A stretch of 64,000 nt of DNA, taken from positions 15,046-79,045 of the forward strand of contig CAMDWQ010000006.1 in assembly GCA_945877765.1 (NCBI GenBank), given 5' to 3'. Below are positions 45,288 through 55,930 of this stretch, piece by piece (the first letter of the stretch is position 1; every line of letters starts with the position of its first letter). The stretch is from Candidatus Omnitrophota bacterium (GTDB lineage Bacteria; Omnitrophota; Gorgyraeia; 2-02-FULL-51-18). The notes beneath the pieces are model-generated. The model was not told the DNA's origin. It searched no databases and worked only from the letters and a program-made list of their open reading frames with translations. A program made the position numbers and the translations under genes.

Positions 45288-46235
45288 TTAAACCTTGGTG
45301 CGGGCATAAACAAACTGGGCGAAATGAATATCCAGAGCCCCTAGGCCGGTGGAATCAAAGATGGTGATTTCATTTTCAGCATGCCTGCCATTTTTGGCTT
45401 GGGATACCACCTCGGATAACTCGGCATGTACATTTGCTTTCAAAAAAGAGCCTTGAGAAAATGGCACATTGATTTCTCCGCTATGCGATGCCTGCTCCCA
45501 TTCATCTACGACCACTCGAGCGCGCATCAAAAGGGCTGGGTCCAACTCCTCTTTTCCCTTCGCGTCGGCTCCAATGGCATTGATATGAGCCCCCGGCTTC
45601 ACCCATTCCTTCTGGACCAAGGGTTTACGCGAAGAAGTGCAGGTAACGATAACGTCTGCTGACTCAACGCAGCTTTTAATGTCGGTAACCGGCCGAAGCC
45701 TTTTAAAACTTGAATGCTTTTTGCAAAAAAATTCGGCTTCGTTTGGCTCGAATCCCCAAACCCTTATCTGGTCAAAATCAAATAGATCGGCGTGGGCCGC
45801 TAGTTGGTAAGCCGCCTGAATTCCCGCACCCACCAACGCCATGATTTTTGGTTTAGGATTGGCCATGAGTGTTGCCGCCAGAACAGCCGTTGCTGCGGTT
45901 CTCATTGCGGTAATGTTATTAGCTTCCATGATTGCCAGAAGGCGCCCGTCATCGGCAGAGCTTAATAAAATTGTCCCATTAACCGTTGGTTGGCCTTTGC
46001 CGGCATTTTTGGGAAAAACGCTGATCCACTTGATGCCGCATTCACTGCCGCCGGGAGCCTCCAAAAAAGAAGGCATCGCCCGAAAATCATTAGAAGCCGG
46101 CAAGACCAGGTACATTTTTGGCGGCATGAAAACTTTTTTTTGTGCGATTAATTGAAACGTTTCTCTGGCTAGCACGAGTGAGTTTTTCTCGTTTAAAATT
46201 TTTCTGGTCTGATCTTCCGTTATAAAAGGAACCAC
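45288..46235 (-). CDS. ornithine cyclodeaminase / mu-crystallin family protein
   Basis: 315 aa. Rossmann motif ALVGAGIQA and family-typical N-terminal region. Confidence 0.75.
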   Translation of the reverse strand: MVPFITEDQTRKILNEKNSLVLARETFQLIAQKKVFMPPKMYLVLPASNDFRAMPSFLEAPGGSECGIKWISVFPKNAGKGQPTVNGTILLSSADDGRLLAIMEANNITAMRTAATAVLAATLMANPKPKIMALVGAGIQAAYQLAAHADLFDFDQIRVWGFEPNEAEFFCKKHSSFKRLRPVTDIKSCVESADVIVTCTSSRKPLVQKEWVKPGAHINAIGADAKGKEELDPALLMRARVVVDEWEQASHSGEINVPFSQGSFLKANVHAELSEVVSQAKNGRHAENEITIFDSTGLGALDIHFAQFVYARTKV

Positions 46236-46242
46236 GGAGAAA

Positions 46243-47901
46243 CTACCTCTTCTCTAAAAAACGGTTGGTGATGGGCATCCGCCGGTCGCGGCCAAAAGCG
46301 CGCGGCGTAATCTTGATTCCCGGAGGTGCCTGACGGCGTTTGTACTCATTGGTATCGATTAGGCGGACCATGCGAATGACTTCACTCTCCCCCACACCCA
46401 GATTCAGGAGCTTCTCAATCGAAGCATCCTTTTCTACATAAGCATCAATTAGCTGATCCAAAAATTTATAGGCTGGCAATGAATCCTGATCTTTCTGATT
46501 GGGACGAAGCTCAGCGCTGGGGGCTCGGTCAATAATGCTGCGGGGGATCAAAGCAAGACCGGCGTGTTTATTGCGCCAATCAGCCAACTGGAACACCATT
46601 GTCTTGGGAACGTCTTTAATCACCGCAAACCCGCCCGCCATATCCCCATAGAGGGTGCAATAGCCGGTCGCCATTTCGCTCTTATTACCCGTTGTTAAAA
46701 CCAAGTACCCAAATTTATTAGACAAAGCCATTAGCAGAGTGCCGCGAATACGCGCCTGAAGATTTTCCTCCGTGCTATTCGCCTCCAAATCCGCAAAAAC
46801 ACTTTTCAATACTTTCTGGAACTCAGAAAATAACGAATCGATGCGAAACTCAAGGCAACGGATACCCAACTTAGCCGCCAAAGCCTTGGAATCGGCATAG
46901 GTTTCTGTGGAGGTATAGGGAGACGGCATGGTAACACCGATCACATTTTCTGCGCCGAGCGCGTCGACTGCCAGCGCTGCGACTAGCGCTGAGTCAATTC
47001 CTCCGCTTAAACCAATCACCGCCTTTTTAAAACCATTCTTTGTCACGTAATCACCAAGCCCGAGCGTAAGCGCCTTATAGATTTCCTCTTCTTCCACCAT
47101 CACCTTGTTTTTGATATAAGCTTTTCTTTTGGCTCCCTTAAATGCCAACTCTACCACACGAAGATCTTCCTTAAACTGAGGAGATTCGGCTGCCAGTTTC
47201 CCGCTGGGATCCACTAAGAGGCTGCCTCCGTCAAACACCAGCTCATCCTGACCGCCCACAAGATTTAGATAGAGGACCCAAGATTTTGTGGAGCCCGTTA
47301 GCTTCTTCATTAAATCAATTCTTGTTTTTTGCTTGCCGCGGCAGTAAGGAGAGGCGGAAATATTGATCAGGCAATCGATCTTACGCGAATATTCCCGGCG
47401 ATACACAAAGCTTTCCTTATCCCAGATATCCTCACAAATCGAAATGCCCCACCGCGCGCCAAACGCTTTAAAAATCAGCGGTTTTTTACCCTCCGAAAAA
47501 TATCTTTTTTCATCAAAGACGCCGTAATTAGGTAGTTTGTTTTTTCGGTAAATTGCGGCTAGCTTGCCATCAAAAAAAACGGCTGCCGAATTATAAAGAG
47601 CCTTACTTTTGGGATCCCTTTCAACAAAACCCACCACCGCAAGTAATCCGCGGGTATGTGCAGTTAATGAATGCAGGACTTTATAATTTTGATCAACAAA
47701 ACTTTGCTTAAAAAGCAGATCTTCGGGTGGGTAGCCTGGTATCGTCATTTCAGGAAAAACAACAACCTGGCATTTTTGGGTCTTAGCGAACACGAGAGCG
47801 TCTATCACTTTTTTTTGATTAAAAGCAAAATCGCCAACGGTTGTATTCACTTGTGCCATGCAGACACGTACAAGTCCTGGCGTTGGCTTTAAATTTGTCA
47901 T
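46243..47901 (-). CDS. nadE: glutamine-dependent NAD+ synthetase
   Basis: N-terminal CN-hydrolase domain (ICEDIW region) and C-terminal PP-loop LSGGIDSALVAALAVDALG. Start MTNLKP at 47901. The track's longer start would overlap queD. Confidence 0.85.
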   Translation of the reverse strand: MTNLKPTPGLVRVCMAQVNTTVGDFAFNQKKVIDALVFAKTQKCQVVVFPEMTIPGYPPEDLLFKQSFVDQNYKVLHSLTAHTRGLLAVVGFVERDPKSKALYNSAAVFFDGKLAAIYRKNKLPNYGVFDEKRYFSEGKKPLIFKAFGARWGISICEDIWDKESFVYRREYSRKIDCLINISASPYCRGKQKTRIDLMKKLTGSTKSWVLYLNLVGGQDELVFDGGSLLVDPSGKLAAESPQFKEDLRVVELAFKGAKRKAYIKNKVMVEEEEIYKALTLGLGDYVTKNGFKKAVIGLSGGIDSALVAALAVDALGAENVIGVTMPSPYTSTETYADSKALAAKLGIRCLEFRIDSLFSEFQKVLKSVFADLEANSTEENLQARIRGTLLMALSNKFGYLVLTTGNKSEMATGYCTLYGDMAGGFAVIKDVPKTMVFQLADWRNKHAGLALIPRSIIDRAPSAELRPNQKDQDSLPAYKFLDQLIDAYVEKDASIEKLLNLGVGESEVIRMVRLIDTNEYKRRQAPPGIKITPRAFGRDRRMPITNRFLEKR

Positions 47902-47905
47902 TCGA

Positions 47906-48247
47906 TTAACTCCGCGATATTGAAAAAAAAGTACCCCTGCCTCTTTCCAGAGACAGCTCAACCAGTTTGTTGGGTTTTATCTCGCGTTGAATAATCTTAA
48001 AAAAAATACGCAGCAGATTCAGTTCTGTTATTTTTATTTTTTTTAAAAAATCAACGTCTCTTCCTAAGTCGCGCGAATGGATCTTTTGAATGATTGAATC
48101 GTGGATCTTTTTCTCAATATAATTCTCATCCGTCTTCTCGGAAAAAGGGACTCTGACTAGAAGTGTGTAATTATAACCATGGACTTCAGACTTACGGGAA
48201 AAGCTGGCGCTAAAATAAAAAAGCTTGGTCAGAAAAACTTTTTTCAT
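47906..48247 (-). CDS. queD: 6-carboxytetrahydropterin synthase / 6-pyruvoyl-tetrahydropterin synthase family
   Basis: 113 aa. HGYNY motif (PTPS HGHNY-like). ATG overlaps the folE stop. Confidence 0.6.
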   Translation of the reverse strand: MKKVFLTKLFYFSASFSRKSEVHGYNYTLLVRVPFSEKTDENYIEKKIHDSIIQKIHSRDLGRDVDFLKKIKITELNLLRIFFKIIQREIKPNKLVELSLERGRGTFFSISRS

Positions 48248-48837
48248 TTACGGCCGATAAGGTTCATGAACTCCATGCGAGTGCTGCGGTCCGTACGAAA
48301 AACTCCCAGCATGGAACTGGTGACACAAGTGGCATTTTGCTTTTCAACTCCGCGCATCGCCATGCATAAATGAAAAGCCTCAATAACGACAGCGACGCCG
48401 TGCGGGTTTAAAGCCTCGCGCAGGCAATCAGCGATTTGATGTGTAAGTCTCTCTTGGACCTGCAAACGACGGGCAAACACATCGACAATACGGGGCATTT
48501 TACTTAAGCCCACGATGCGCCCATTCGGAATATAAGCCACGTGGCATTTGCCATAAAACGGAAGTAAGTGATGCTCGCATAAACTGTAGATATCCAAATC
48601 CTTCATCACCACCATCTCGTCGTACTCTTCGTCAAAAAGCGCTGAGTTGAGAACTTGCTTAATATTTTTTTTGTACCCGCTAGTCAGGTACTGGTAGGAA
48701 GCTTCCACCCGCTTGGGAGTTTTGAGAAGGCCTTGACGGCTCGGATTTTCACCGATACTTTGAAGAAGTTCGCGAGTAATTTGCTGAATATTTTTTTTGG
48801 GCATTTTAATCTTTGGGTAAAAAAGAACCCCGCCCAC
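48244..48837 (-). CDS. folE: GTP cyclohydrolase I
   Basis: [19 protein letters not shown], the canonical FolE active-site block. GTG start at 48837 after GAGGG. ATG alternative at 48804. Confidence 0.85.
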   Translation of the reverse strand: MGGVLFYPKIKMPKKNIQQITRELLQSIGENPSRQGLLKTPKRVEASYQYLTSGYKKNIKQVLNSALFDEEYDEMVVMKDLDIYSLCEHHLLPFYGKCHVAYIPNGRIVGLSKMPRIVDVFARRLQVQERLTHQIADCLREALNPHGVAVVIEAFHLCMAMRGVEKQNATCVTSSMLGVFRTDRSTRMEFMNLIGRK

Positions 48838-48879
48838 TCAAACCCTCTTTGAAGAGGTCTTAAGTGAGCGGGGAATAAA

Positions 48880-49221
48880 CTATTCTAAGCGAGCTTTCTC
48901 GGGAGTGATGAGAGGCTGCTTTTTGGGAATCCAGAACGTCAGAAGATCAATCGCGCCTGCGCCAATGCGATGAATCCCCTTACGAACGCCAATAGCACCG
49001 CCGGCAACAACTCCGGTAATGTTTTCAGCAGTGTTCTTGCCTTTAGAGGCTTCTGCATGTGTCGCGTCAAGTATTTCGACCCAGCCTGTAGAAGCATTGC
49101 GGGCACCCGTCCGGACATTCTTAATTTGCGCCTGTCCGTTATCAGCGCCTGAATCCGCGAATGCGGGGGCAGATGTGAACGCAACCATGACAAGCAACAT
49201 CAATGAGACTAATTTCTTCAC
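48880..49221 (-). CDS. small secreted protein, TIGR04073-like family (paralog 2)
   Basis: GTG start at 49221, 7 nt after AGGAGG. Signal peptide KKLVSLMLLVMVAFTSAPAFA. NASTGWVEILD...GVVAGGAIGVRKGIHRIGAGAIDLLTFWIP aligns by eye with paralog 1. Confidence 0.45.
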   Translation of the reverse strand: MKKLVSLMLLVMVAFTSAPAFADSGADNGQAQIKNVRTGARNASTGWVEILDATHAEASKGKNTAENITGVVAGGAIGVRKGIHRIGAGAIDLLTFWIPKKQPLITPEKARLE

Positions 49222-49339
49222 TAGGTAATCCTCCTGATTTAGTTTAGTACAACTTATGAATTCTACCACGGTGACGCATTTAATACAAGCAAAAATTAAC
49301 AAAAGTGCTTAGTTGTAATACCTGGCATAAAAAAAGATA

Positions 49340-49843
49340 CTAACGAAAGTTAATAAACTGTAAATCTACATCAAAGCTTTTTTGCCTTAGGGCCGCTATC
49401 AATGCCTGCAAATCATCAATTTTTACCGCCTGGACACGAATTTGTTCTGACTGGATTTGTGGCTGCACTTTCATCTTGAGCTCTTTGATGTATTTAACAA
49501 CATCCTTGGCCTTGTCGGAAGGAATGCCGCTTTGAATTTTAATGATCTGCTTTACCGAACCGCCGACCATGCCGCTTTCAACTTTTTCATACACAAGAGA
49601 CTTGAGTGAGACGCCCCGCTTCACGCACTTGGTTTGGATAAGATCTACAAGCGTTTTGAGCCGGTACTCGCTCTCTGTCTTAAGCGTGATCGTTTTCTCA
49701 CTCTTATCTAACTCCATCGAGCTATTGGAGCCCTTAAAATCAAAGCGCTGGTCCAGCTCTTTTTTAGCCTGGATAACAGCATTGTCAACTTCCTGCATAT
49801 TCACTTCAGAAACGATATCAAATGAATGATCTTTGGATCCCAT
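49340..49843 (-). CDS. yajQ: YajQ-family (UPF0234) nucleotide / c-di-GMP-binding protein
   Basis: 167 aa. SFDIVSEV...RFDFKG...IQTKCVKRGV pattern of YajQ. Confidence 0.8.
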   Translation of the reverse strand: MGSKDHSFDIVSEVNMQEVDNAVIQAKKELDQRFDFKGSNSSMELDKSEKTITLKTESEYRLKTLVDLIQTKCVKRGVSLKSLVYEKVESGMVGGSVKQIIKIQSGIPSDKAKDVVKYIKELKMKVQPQIQSEQIRVQAVKIDDLQALIAALRQKSFDVDLQFINFR

Positions 49844-49854
49844 CGGTTTCTCCG

Positions 49855-50721
49855 TTAGAAAATTTTTTTAAATGTGTTCCCAATTTCTGAAAGATCGCGA
49901 ATCACCGTGATGCCTTTTTGCTCAAGCGTTGCTATTTTTTCCTGAGCGCTTCCTCGAACCCCTGAAACAATCGCTCCCGCATGCCCCATCCGCTTACCCT
50001 TAGGAGCTGTCGTCCCAGCAATAAAAGACAAAACTTTCTTTTTCATATTTTTTTCGATGTAGGCCGCTGCCTCTTCTTCTTGGCTGCCGCCAATTTCACC
50101 GATGAGAAGCACGGCCTCTGTTTCGGGGTCTTTCTCAAAAAGTTCTAGTAAATCGATAAATCCGGTCCCAATGACGGGATCACCGCCTATGCCAATGCAA
50201 GTCGTTTGCCCCAAACCAGCCTGCGTCAACTGCCACACCGCTTCATAAGTCAGCGTTCCACTCCTAGAAATCACGCCCACTCGCCCCTTCTTGTGTATGT
50301 AGCCGGGCATGATCCCTATTTTACACTCTTCCGAGGTAATAATGCCCGGGCAATTGGGACCAATGATTCTGACCTGTTTTGACTTGGCATAAGCAACAGC
50401 GCGAACCATATCCAGCGTCGGAATACCTTCCGTGATACAAACAATCAGCTTAATGTCATTGTCTACGGCCTCTAAAATTGCCGCCAGGGCAAAGGGGGCT
50501 GGGACATAAATCATCGAAGCAGTAGCGCCTGTTTTGGTAACAGCTTCACTGACCGTATTAAAAACCGGGATAGGCCCTACCATCTCCCCACCCTTCTTGG
50601 GCGTCACCCCACCTACCAATTGAGTGCCGTACTCATGGCATTTTAAAGAATGGAAGCTTCCCGCCTTGCCGGTAATGCCCTGACAAATAACCTTGGTGGC
50701 GCGATTAACGAGAATGGACAT
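49855..50721 (-). CDS. sucD: succinate--CoA ligase subunit alpha
   Basis: CoA-binding region [13 protein letters not shown] and phospho-His loop region, 288 aa. Confidence 0.9.
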   Translation of the reverse strand: MSILVNRATKVICQGITGKAGSFHSLKCHEYGTQLVGGVTPKKGGEMVGPIPVFNTVSEAVTKTGATASMIYVPAPFALAAILEAVDNDIKLIVCITEGIPTLDMVRAVAYAKSKQVRIIGPNCPGIITSEECKIGIMPGYIHKKGRVGVISRSGTLTYEAVWQLTQAGLGQTTCIGIGGDPVIGTGFIDLLELFEKDPETEAVLLIGEIGGSQEEEAAAYIEKNMKKKVLSFIAGTTAPKGKRMGHAGAIVSGVRGSAQEKIATLEQKGITVIRDLSEIGNTFKKIF

Positions 50722-51895
50722 GTTGGGCTCTATATTCGGCAGCTTTTTGAACGGATACCTGGGCCGCTTCCTTAATCGTGCGGCAAGAAATAATTTGTAA
50801 ACCTGAATTTTTTAAAAGGTCACGACCCTCATCCACACGCGTACCCTCTAAGCGGACTACCAGAGGCACCTTTAAGTCAATCTCTCGCGAAGCTTGGATG
50901 ACACCCTCGGCAATCACATCACACTTCATGATGCCGCCAAAAATATTTACTAAAATAGCCTCCACACGCGGATCCTGAAGAATAATTTTAAATCCCTCGC
51001 GCACTTGATCAGCGGTAGCGCCACCGCCCACATCCAGAAAATTGGAAGGCTCACCACCAGCCATCTTGATCATATCCATCGTCGCCATCGCCAGTCCCGC
51101 GCCATTGACAAGACAGCCGACATTCCCCCCCATTGACACATAATTCAAACCAACTTCTTTTGCTTTTCTTTCCCGCTCATCCTCTTCATCGGGATCTTTC
51201 ATTGCTGCCACATCCAAGTGGCGAAATAGCGCATTATCATCAAATACAATTTTTGCATCCAATGCAATAATAGTCGAGCCCCCACAAAGCGCTAGCGGGT
51301 TGATTTCGCACAGCGAAACATCCTTTTCCATAAAAAGCAAAGCAAGTTTTGCCGCAATATCCGCGATTTGAGAAGGGATTTTATCTTCCGAAAACTGTTT
51401 CCTGATTTGGCTAAAAATCTGCTCTTTGGTGGGCAAGTTGGTGTAAGAAAAATAAATCCTTGTGATCGCCTCGGGTTTTGCGATGGCCACTTCCTCGATC
51501 TCGACTCCGCCCTCACGTGAAAAAAGAATTACCGGTTGATCATGGGCTCGGTCAATCGCTATGCCCAAGTAATATTCTTCATCAATCCTGCGGTCTTCGC
51601 TGATAAGAACTGCGTGAACGATTTTAGACTCGCCTGCGGATTGGTAGGTTGAAAAGGGTTTTCCTAAGAATCGACTGCAAAACGCCTCTGCTTCTTCGGC
51701 GGTGTGCACATGAATCACGCCCCCTGCTTTTCCACGACCCCCCATCAACACCTGAACCTTCGCAACACAAGAGGGATTTGCAAATTTCTTAAAAGCGCCA
51801 GCCGCCTCGGCGGTGCTGAAAACCACTTGCCCCAAAGCAATGGGGATGCCGTATTTTTCTAGCAAGTCCCTGGATTGGTATTCGTGTATCTTCAT
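50705..51895 (-). CDS. sucC: succinate--CoA ligase (ADP-forming) subunit beta
   Basis: [19 protein letters not shown]-terminus, ATP-grasp, 396 aa. Overlaps sucD by 17 nt. Confidence 0.9.
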   Translation of the reverse strand: MKIHEYQSRDLLEKYGIPIALGQVVFSTAEAAGAFKKFANPSCVAKVQVLMGGRGKAGGVIHVHTAEEAEAFCSRFLGKPFSTYQSAGESKIVHAVLISEDRRIDEEYYLGIAIDRAHDQPVILFSREGGVEIEEVAIAKPEAITRIYFSYTNLPTKEQIFSQIRKQFSEDKIPSQIADIAAKLALLFMEKDVSLCEINPLALCGGSTIIALDAKIVFDDNALFRHLDVAAMKDPDEEDERERKAKEVGLNYVSMGGNVGCLVNGAGLAMATMDMIKMAGGEPSNFLDVGGGATADQVREGFKIILQDPRVEAILVNIFGGIMKCDVIAEGVIQASREIDLKVPLVVRLEGTRVDEGRDLLKNSGLQIISCRTIKEAAQVSVQKAAEYRAQHVHSR

Positions 51896-52842
51896 GAGGC
51901 GATGGCTATCCGGTCGACTTCCTCAATCCCCTGCTTGACCTTCGCTGCGGATTGGGTTAACGCTTTTTTTTCTTCGTCGGTCAAAGGAATTTCCACCACC
52001 CGCTCAATCCCGTTTTTACCCAGCTCGGCAGGCACACCGAAGTACATATTTTTTAAACCGTATTCACCGGATAAAAAAGCGCAAACTGGCAGTACTTGCT
52101 TTTCATCCCGCAATACCACTCGCACCATTTCACAGACGGAGCTTGCCGGAGCATAAAAAGCACTCCCTGTTTTTAATAAAGCTACGATTTCGGCGCCGCC
52201 ATCTCGCGTCCTCTGCTCAATTTTTGAAAGTTCCTCTGTTGGAATAGCGCCGGATGGGGATTTTCCATTGACCAGCGTATGGCTTGAAACGGGAACCATG
52301 AGATCTCCGTGGCCGCCCAAAACAATCGCTTTCACCTCTTGAGGCACACAGCCTAAGCGGTCCGCGATAAAATAGCGCATACGCGCTGTATCCAAGACTC
52401 CCGCCATGCCGAACACTCTATTTTTGGAAAATCCTGTCACTTTGGCCGCCAAATGCGTCATCACATCCAGCGGATTAGTGACAATGATAAGCTTTGAATC
52501 AGGCGCAAATTTTTTAATGTTTCCGCAAACATCAGTAATAATTTTTGCATTTAATGCCAACAGATCCTCACGCGTCATCCCCGGTTTACGAGGCAAGCCC
52601 GCGGTGACGACGACAATTTCTGCCCCGGCAATATCCTCATAGCGGTTAGTGCCGACAATGCGGCGGTCGTGACCCTCAATTGGCGCTGCTTCCATCAAAT
52701 CCAAAGCCTTGCCTTGAGGCATGCCCTCGACGACATCAAAAAGAACCACGTCTGAAATCCCTTTTTCAAGGATTCTCTGCGCGGTGGTTGCTCCGACCTG
52801 ACCCGCCCCAATCACTGCCACAAAAGGTTTGCGAACACCCAT
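51892..52842 (-). CDS. mdh: malate dehydrogenase (LDH-like family)
   Basis: NAD-binding VAVIGAGQVG, 316 aa. Overlaps the sucC start. Confidence 0.85.
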   Translation of the reverse strand: MGVRKPFVAVIGAGQVGATTAQRILEKGISDVVLFDVVEGMPQGKALDLMEAAPIEGHDRRIVGTNRYEDIAGAEIVVVTAGLPRKPGMTREDLLALNAKIITDVCGNIKKFAPDSKLIIVTNPLDVMTHLAAKVTGFSKNRVFGMAGVLDTARMRYFIADRLGCVPQEVKAIVLGGHGDLMVPVSSHTLVNGKSPSGAIPTEELSKIEQRTRDGGAEIVALLKTGSAFYAPASSVCEMVRVVLRDEKQVLPVCAFLSGEYGLKNMYFGVPAELGKNGIERVVEIPLTDEEKKALTQSAAKVKQGIEEVDRIAIAS

Positions 52843-52867
52843 AAAATTGCCTCTTTCTATATTTTAA

Positions 52868-53314
52868 TTACTGCAAATATTTGCCTAAAAATTCGCTGAT
52901 GCGGCGAGAATCGGCCTGTCCGGCTAATTTTTCCGTCAAAACTTTCATTACCTTGCCAAATTCTTTTTTAGAGGTAGCCCCTTGAGCTTTGATTTCAGAC
53001 TGCACGAGCGCCTCAAGATCGGCATCCGCCATCTGTTGGGGCAGATAGGATTCAAGAATAAGCGCTTCTTTAGATTCTTTGTCGGCAAGGTCCGCGCGGC
53101 CGCCTTTGGTGAACTGGTCAATGGATTCGCGGCGTTGCTTGATTTGGCGCTGAATCACTTGCTGAGCCTCAGCGTCAGAAACCGCCTCCACCTTCTTTTC
53201 AATCGCGGCATATTTTAAAGCGGATTTAAGAAAGCGTACTACGGAGAGACGCACTTCGTCCCTGGCAATCATCGCACTTTTTATATCCTGTTCAATTTTT
53301 GTTACTAAGGACAT
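52868..53314 (-). CDS. GatB/YqeY-domain protein
   Basis: Starts MSLVTKIEQDIKSAM (YqeY N-terminal pattern). ATG at 53314 after GAGGC is preferred over 53332. Confidence 0.7.
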   Translation of the reverse strand: MSLVTKIEQDIKSAMIARDEVRLSVVRFLKSALKYAAIEKKVEAVSDAEAQQVIQRQIKQRRESIDQFTKGGRADLADKESKEALILESYLPQQMADADLEALVQSEIKAQGATSKKEFGKVMKVLTEKLAGQADSRRISEFLGKYLQ

Positions 53315-53375
53315 GGATGCCTCAAGTGTCATTTTCTAGGTTTGATCCCCGATTAAAACATTCGGGGATGACAGT

Positions 53376-53416
53376 CAAAAAGGGGTTTGTGATTTTTGGT
53401 CACAAACCCCTTTTTT
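53376..53416. terminator. bidirectional rho-independent terminator
   Basis: aaaaa - ggggtttgtga / tcacaaacccc (11-bp stem, 7-nt loop) - tttttt. Lies downstream of the minus-strand 53443..53793 gene. Confidence 0.55.
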
Positions 53417-53442
53417 AAAAATCTAGCTTTTGCTTTTTATGC

Positions 53443-53793
53443 TTAGCTTTTTGCTTCGTCAGCCGACTTGACAGGAATTTGTACCGTCTCTGAAACTGCC
53501 TGGCCCGTTGTTTCAGCCACGCCCGTTACGTTGTCCGTCACCAGATTCGTTGTTTTGGCAACATCGCCCTTTACAATCGCCTCGGTGTTTTCACCGGTTT
53601 TAGACACGACCTTTTCGCCGGTGTTCTGCAGCACATTGGAAGTCATGCTACCGGTTTCCTTGACGGCTTTGACAGGGGCATTAAAAAGTCTCCTAAAAAA
53701 ACCAGTCACGCTGTTTTCGCCTTCGGCAAACGATACTGAAACCATTGAAACGGAAAATAATGCCATTAACGCTACTACGGAAATTTTCTTCAT
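53443..53793 (-). CDS. small secreted repeat protein
   Basis: Signal peptide MKKISVVALMALFSVSMVSVSFA. Imperfect ~11-aa repeats (TGEKVVSK / TGENTEAIVKG / TGQAVSETV). Confidence 0.45.
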   Translation of the reverse strand: MKKISVVALMALFSVSMVSVSFAEGENSVTGFFRRLFNAPVKAVKETGSMTSNVLQNTGEKVVSKTGENTEAIVKGDVAKTTNLVTDNVTGVAETTGQAVSETVQIPVKSADEAKS

Positions 53794-53850
53794 TGAAACT
53801 GCCTCCTGGTTGAATTTAAGAGCGTATTATATGAACCTCGTTGATTGAAG

Positions 53851-55737
53851 TCAAGAAATTTTAGAACTAGTTGAAATAATTTCGTAATTACTGCTTTTGT
53901 ACGCGTCAAGGTTAGTCACCAAAATGAAAATTTTCTCAATATCCTCTGCCGCCAAGCCCTCTTGGGCGGCTAGGGACTCAAGATCAACGCCGCTAGTCGT
54001 CCCATCGGCGCGCTCATCCCAATCATGGGTTATCATCGAACCTCCCCGTGTCCGCAATAGCAACTGAATCATCAATCCAACGCCCGGTCCTTCTGCCTTA
54101 ATTTTTAAAACGGGCAAGTTTTTTTCCTTTGGCGCAACAGCAATTTCATAATAATCCGTTGCCCAGGCGGATACATCGCAGGCATTGGTATTGTCGCCAC
54201 CAACCGGAAGCTCCTCTAGATGCGCCTTAAATCCGGCCCACTCCCCAACCCAATCAGTGCCGCAAGCAGGCCCAAGTTTTTTTTGGTCGCCGTAGCCGTC
54301 CAAAAGATAGAACGATTTTTCCTTAAAGAGCAGTTTTGTTCTAGCAACTTCTCTTAGGTAGACCGCGTCTTCCTTTAATCCAAAATCATTCAATAAGCAA
54401 GCCTTGGAAAATTTTTTCAAAAGAGATCTGCTGGGTGTGTTGGTTGCGGATTCGAGGGACTGCTTAAAGTTTAATGGGTCTGCCTGGCGAAGAGCCCGGC
54501 TCAGGGTTTCGATGGTTTTCATGCCAAATTGATAATCAATAAATCTCCAAAAAAGGGCATTTTCATAACGCAGCTCGGTAAAGGGCTGATCCGGGTAGCG
54601 CATAAAATAGTTGGAACCCCCGCGCGAGAAACGGATTTTATTCGGAAGTGTTTCTCTGAATCCCTGCGAATAAAAGTCGTGGCGTGCACCGGCAAAAGTT
54701 TCAAAGTAGCGTGCCAAACCCTCCACGTACCAATCCAAGCTTTTCTTGGATGTGGTGCGCTCTATAGCCTCTGGCGATATATCGTTGGATTCGCGATTCA
54801 AGTTCTTGTTGTAATAAAACAGTACGACATGGAGCATTTCGTGAATCAAAGTTCCTCGCAGGTCAACGTTGATGTTACGAGGGCCTAAAGAGGAGGGATT
54901 CATTTGTTCCCAGTTTTTTATATATTCTCGATAATTAACGGGCAGAAGAATGAGAGCGCCATAAGCGCGCGCCGAAAATTTAACCGTATCAAAACAAGGT
55001 GCGTCACGGTAGGCAGCACTGGTAAAACCATGAAACTTAAATCCGTTGTCCGCATTTGAATTGCCCAGGTAGATGTCGATTGTTTTATCAGGGTCGTAGA
55101 CATAAGTTTTGTCGGGGTCTGAAAATGAATAGCCTGAGGTGCCAAATCCCTCAAGACGGGTGATCGTCTGATAGGCTGTGACCGCGGCCTCTAGCACCTG
55201 CTGGGGGAATGAGACTGCAACTCCCACCTCCTCAAGAATCTGGTCTGTGTAATGAACTTTTACCGCCGCGCCGTCCTCCAAACGACCCTCGCATACTTTT
55301 TCGAGCGTCTGCACTTGCTCTTCCGGAGCGTTGGGTGTTGGCGCCGACAACACTTTTTCGTTTCCAAGGAAAGTCAGCCGGCCCGTGTAATTATTCAACG
55401 CGGGAATAACTGAAATGGACCCCGAAAGATCATCTTTGACCATCAGATTCCAAGCGCGCTGTCCCTGGGTATCACGTATAAAATGCTTGGCGTTTTTTTT
55501 ATCTTCTACGTATATCTGCACACGAATCAGCTGACCTGCTTGCCAGTGGTAGGACAGCACCTGTTCGCGGCTGACCTTGACAGTGATCGGTGATGTTGAA
55601 GAAGAAAAATTCTGATTAAGATCGATGTAGTTGGGTAGGCTCAATGCCGGCGCATCCGCTGCGCCGCTTGACATTGCAGGCAGCATAAGAGCTGTCGCAA
55701 AGAAAAATACAATAAGGTTATGTTTTGGTTTTATCAT
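53851..55737 (-). CDS. large secreted protein with HExxH zincin-like motif, function unknown
   Basis: 628 aa, signal peptide. Single HEMLH motif in GTLIHEMLHVV. No other recognisable domain. Confidence 0.5.
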   Translation of the reverse strand: MIKPKHNLIVFFFATALMLPAMSSGAADAPALSLPNYIDLNQNFSSSTSPITVKVSREQVLSYHWQAGQLIRVQIYVEDKKNAKHFIRDTQGQRAWNLMVKDDLSGSISVIPALNNYTGRLTFLGNEKVLSAPTPNAPEEQVQTLEKVCEGRLEDGAAVKVHYTDQILEEVGVAVSFPQQVLEAAVTAYQTITRLEGFGTSGYSFSDPDKTYVYDPDKTIDIYLGNSNADNGFKFHGFTSAAYRDAPCFDTVKFSARAYGALILLPVNYREYIKNWEQMNPSSLGPRNINVDLRGTLIHEMLHVVLFYYNKNLNRESNDISPEAIERTTSKKSLDWYVEGLARYFETFAGARHDFYSQGFRETLPNKIRFSRGGSNYFMRYPDQPFTELRYENALFWRFIDYQFGMKTIETLSRALRQADPLNFKQSLESATNTPSRSLLKKFSKACLLNDFGLKEDAVYLREVARTKLLFKEKSFYLLDGYGDQKKLGPACGTDWVGEWAGFKAHLEELPVGGDNTNACDVSAWATDYYEIAVAPKEKNLPVLKIKAEGPGVGLMIQLLLRTRGGSMITHDWDERADGTTSGVDLESLAAQEGLAAEDIEKIFILVTNLDAYKSSNYEIISTSSKIS

Positions 55738-55930
55738 TGTCAGCGATCCGGCTGCCCTATCTCTGCTTTTTAGCAGAACTTAGGCCCGTGATTTTGCGTC
55801 CTACCGTTTCCAGTAGTTTGCCTTTTTTAACAATCATGCATTACAAAAAGAGCTTAATCTGATCTTATTAAATATCTAGTGGAAGTATATATGACAATAT
55901 TTGTTATTTCAATGGGGTGATCAAAAAAGT

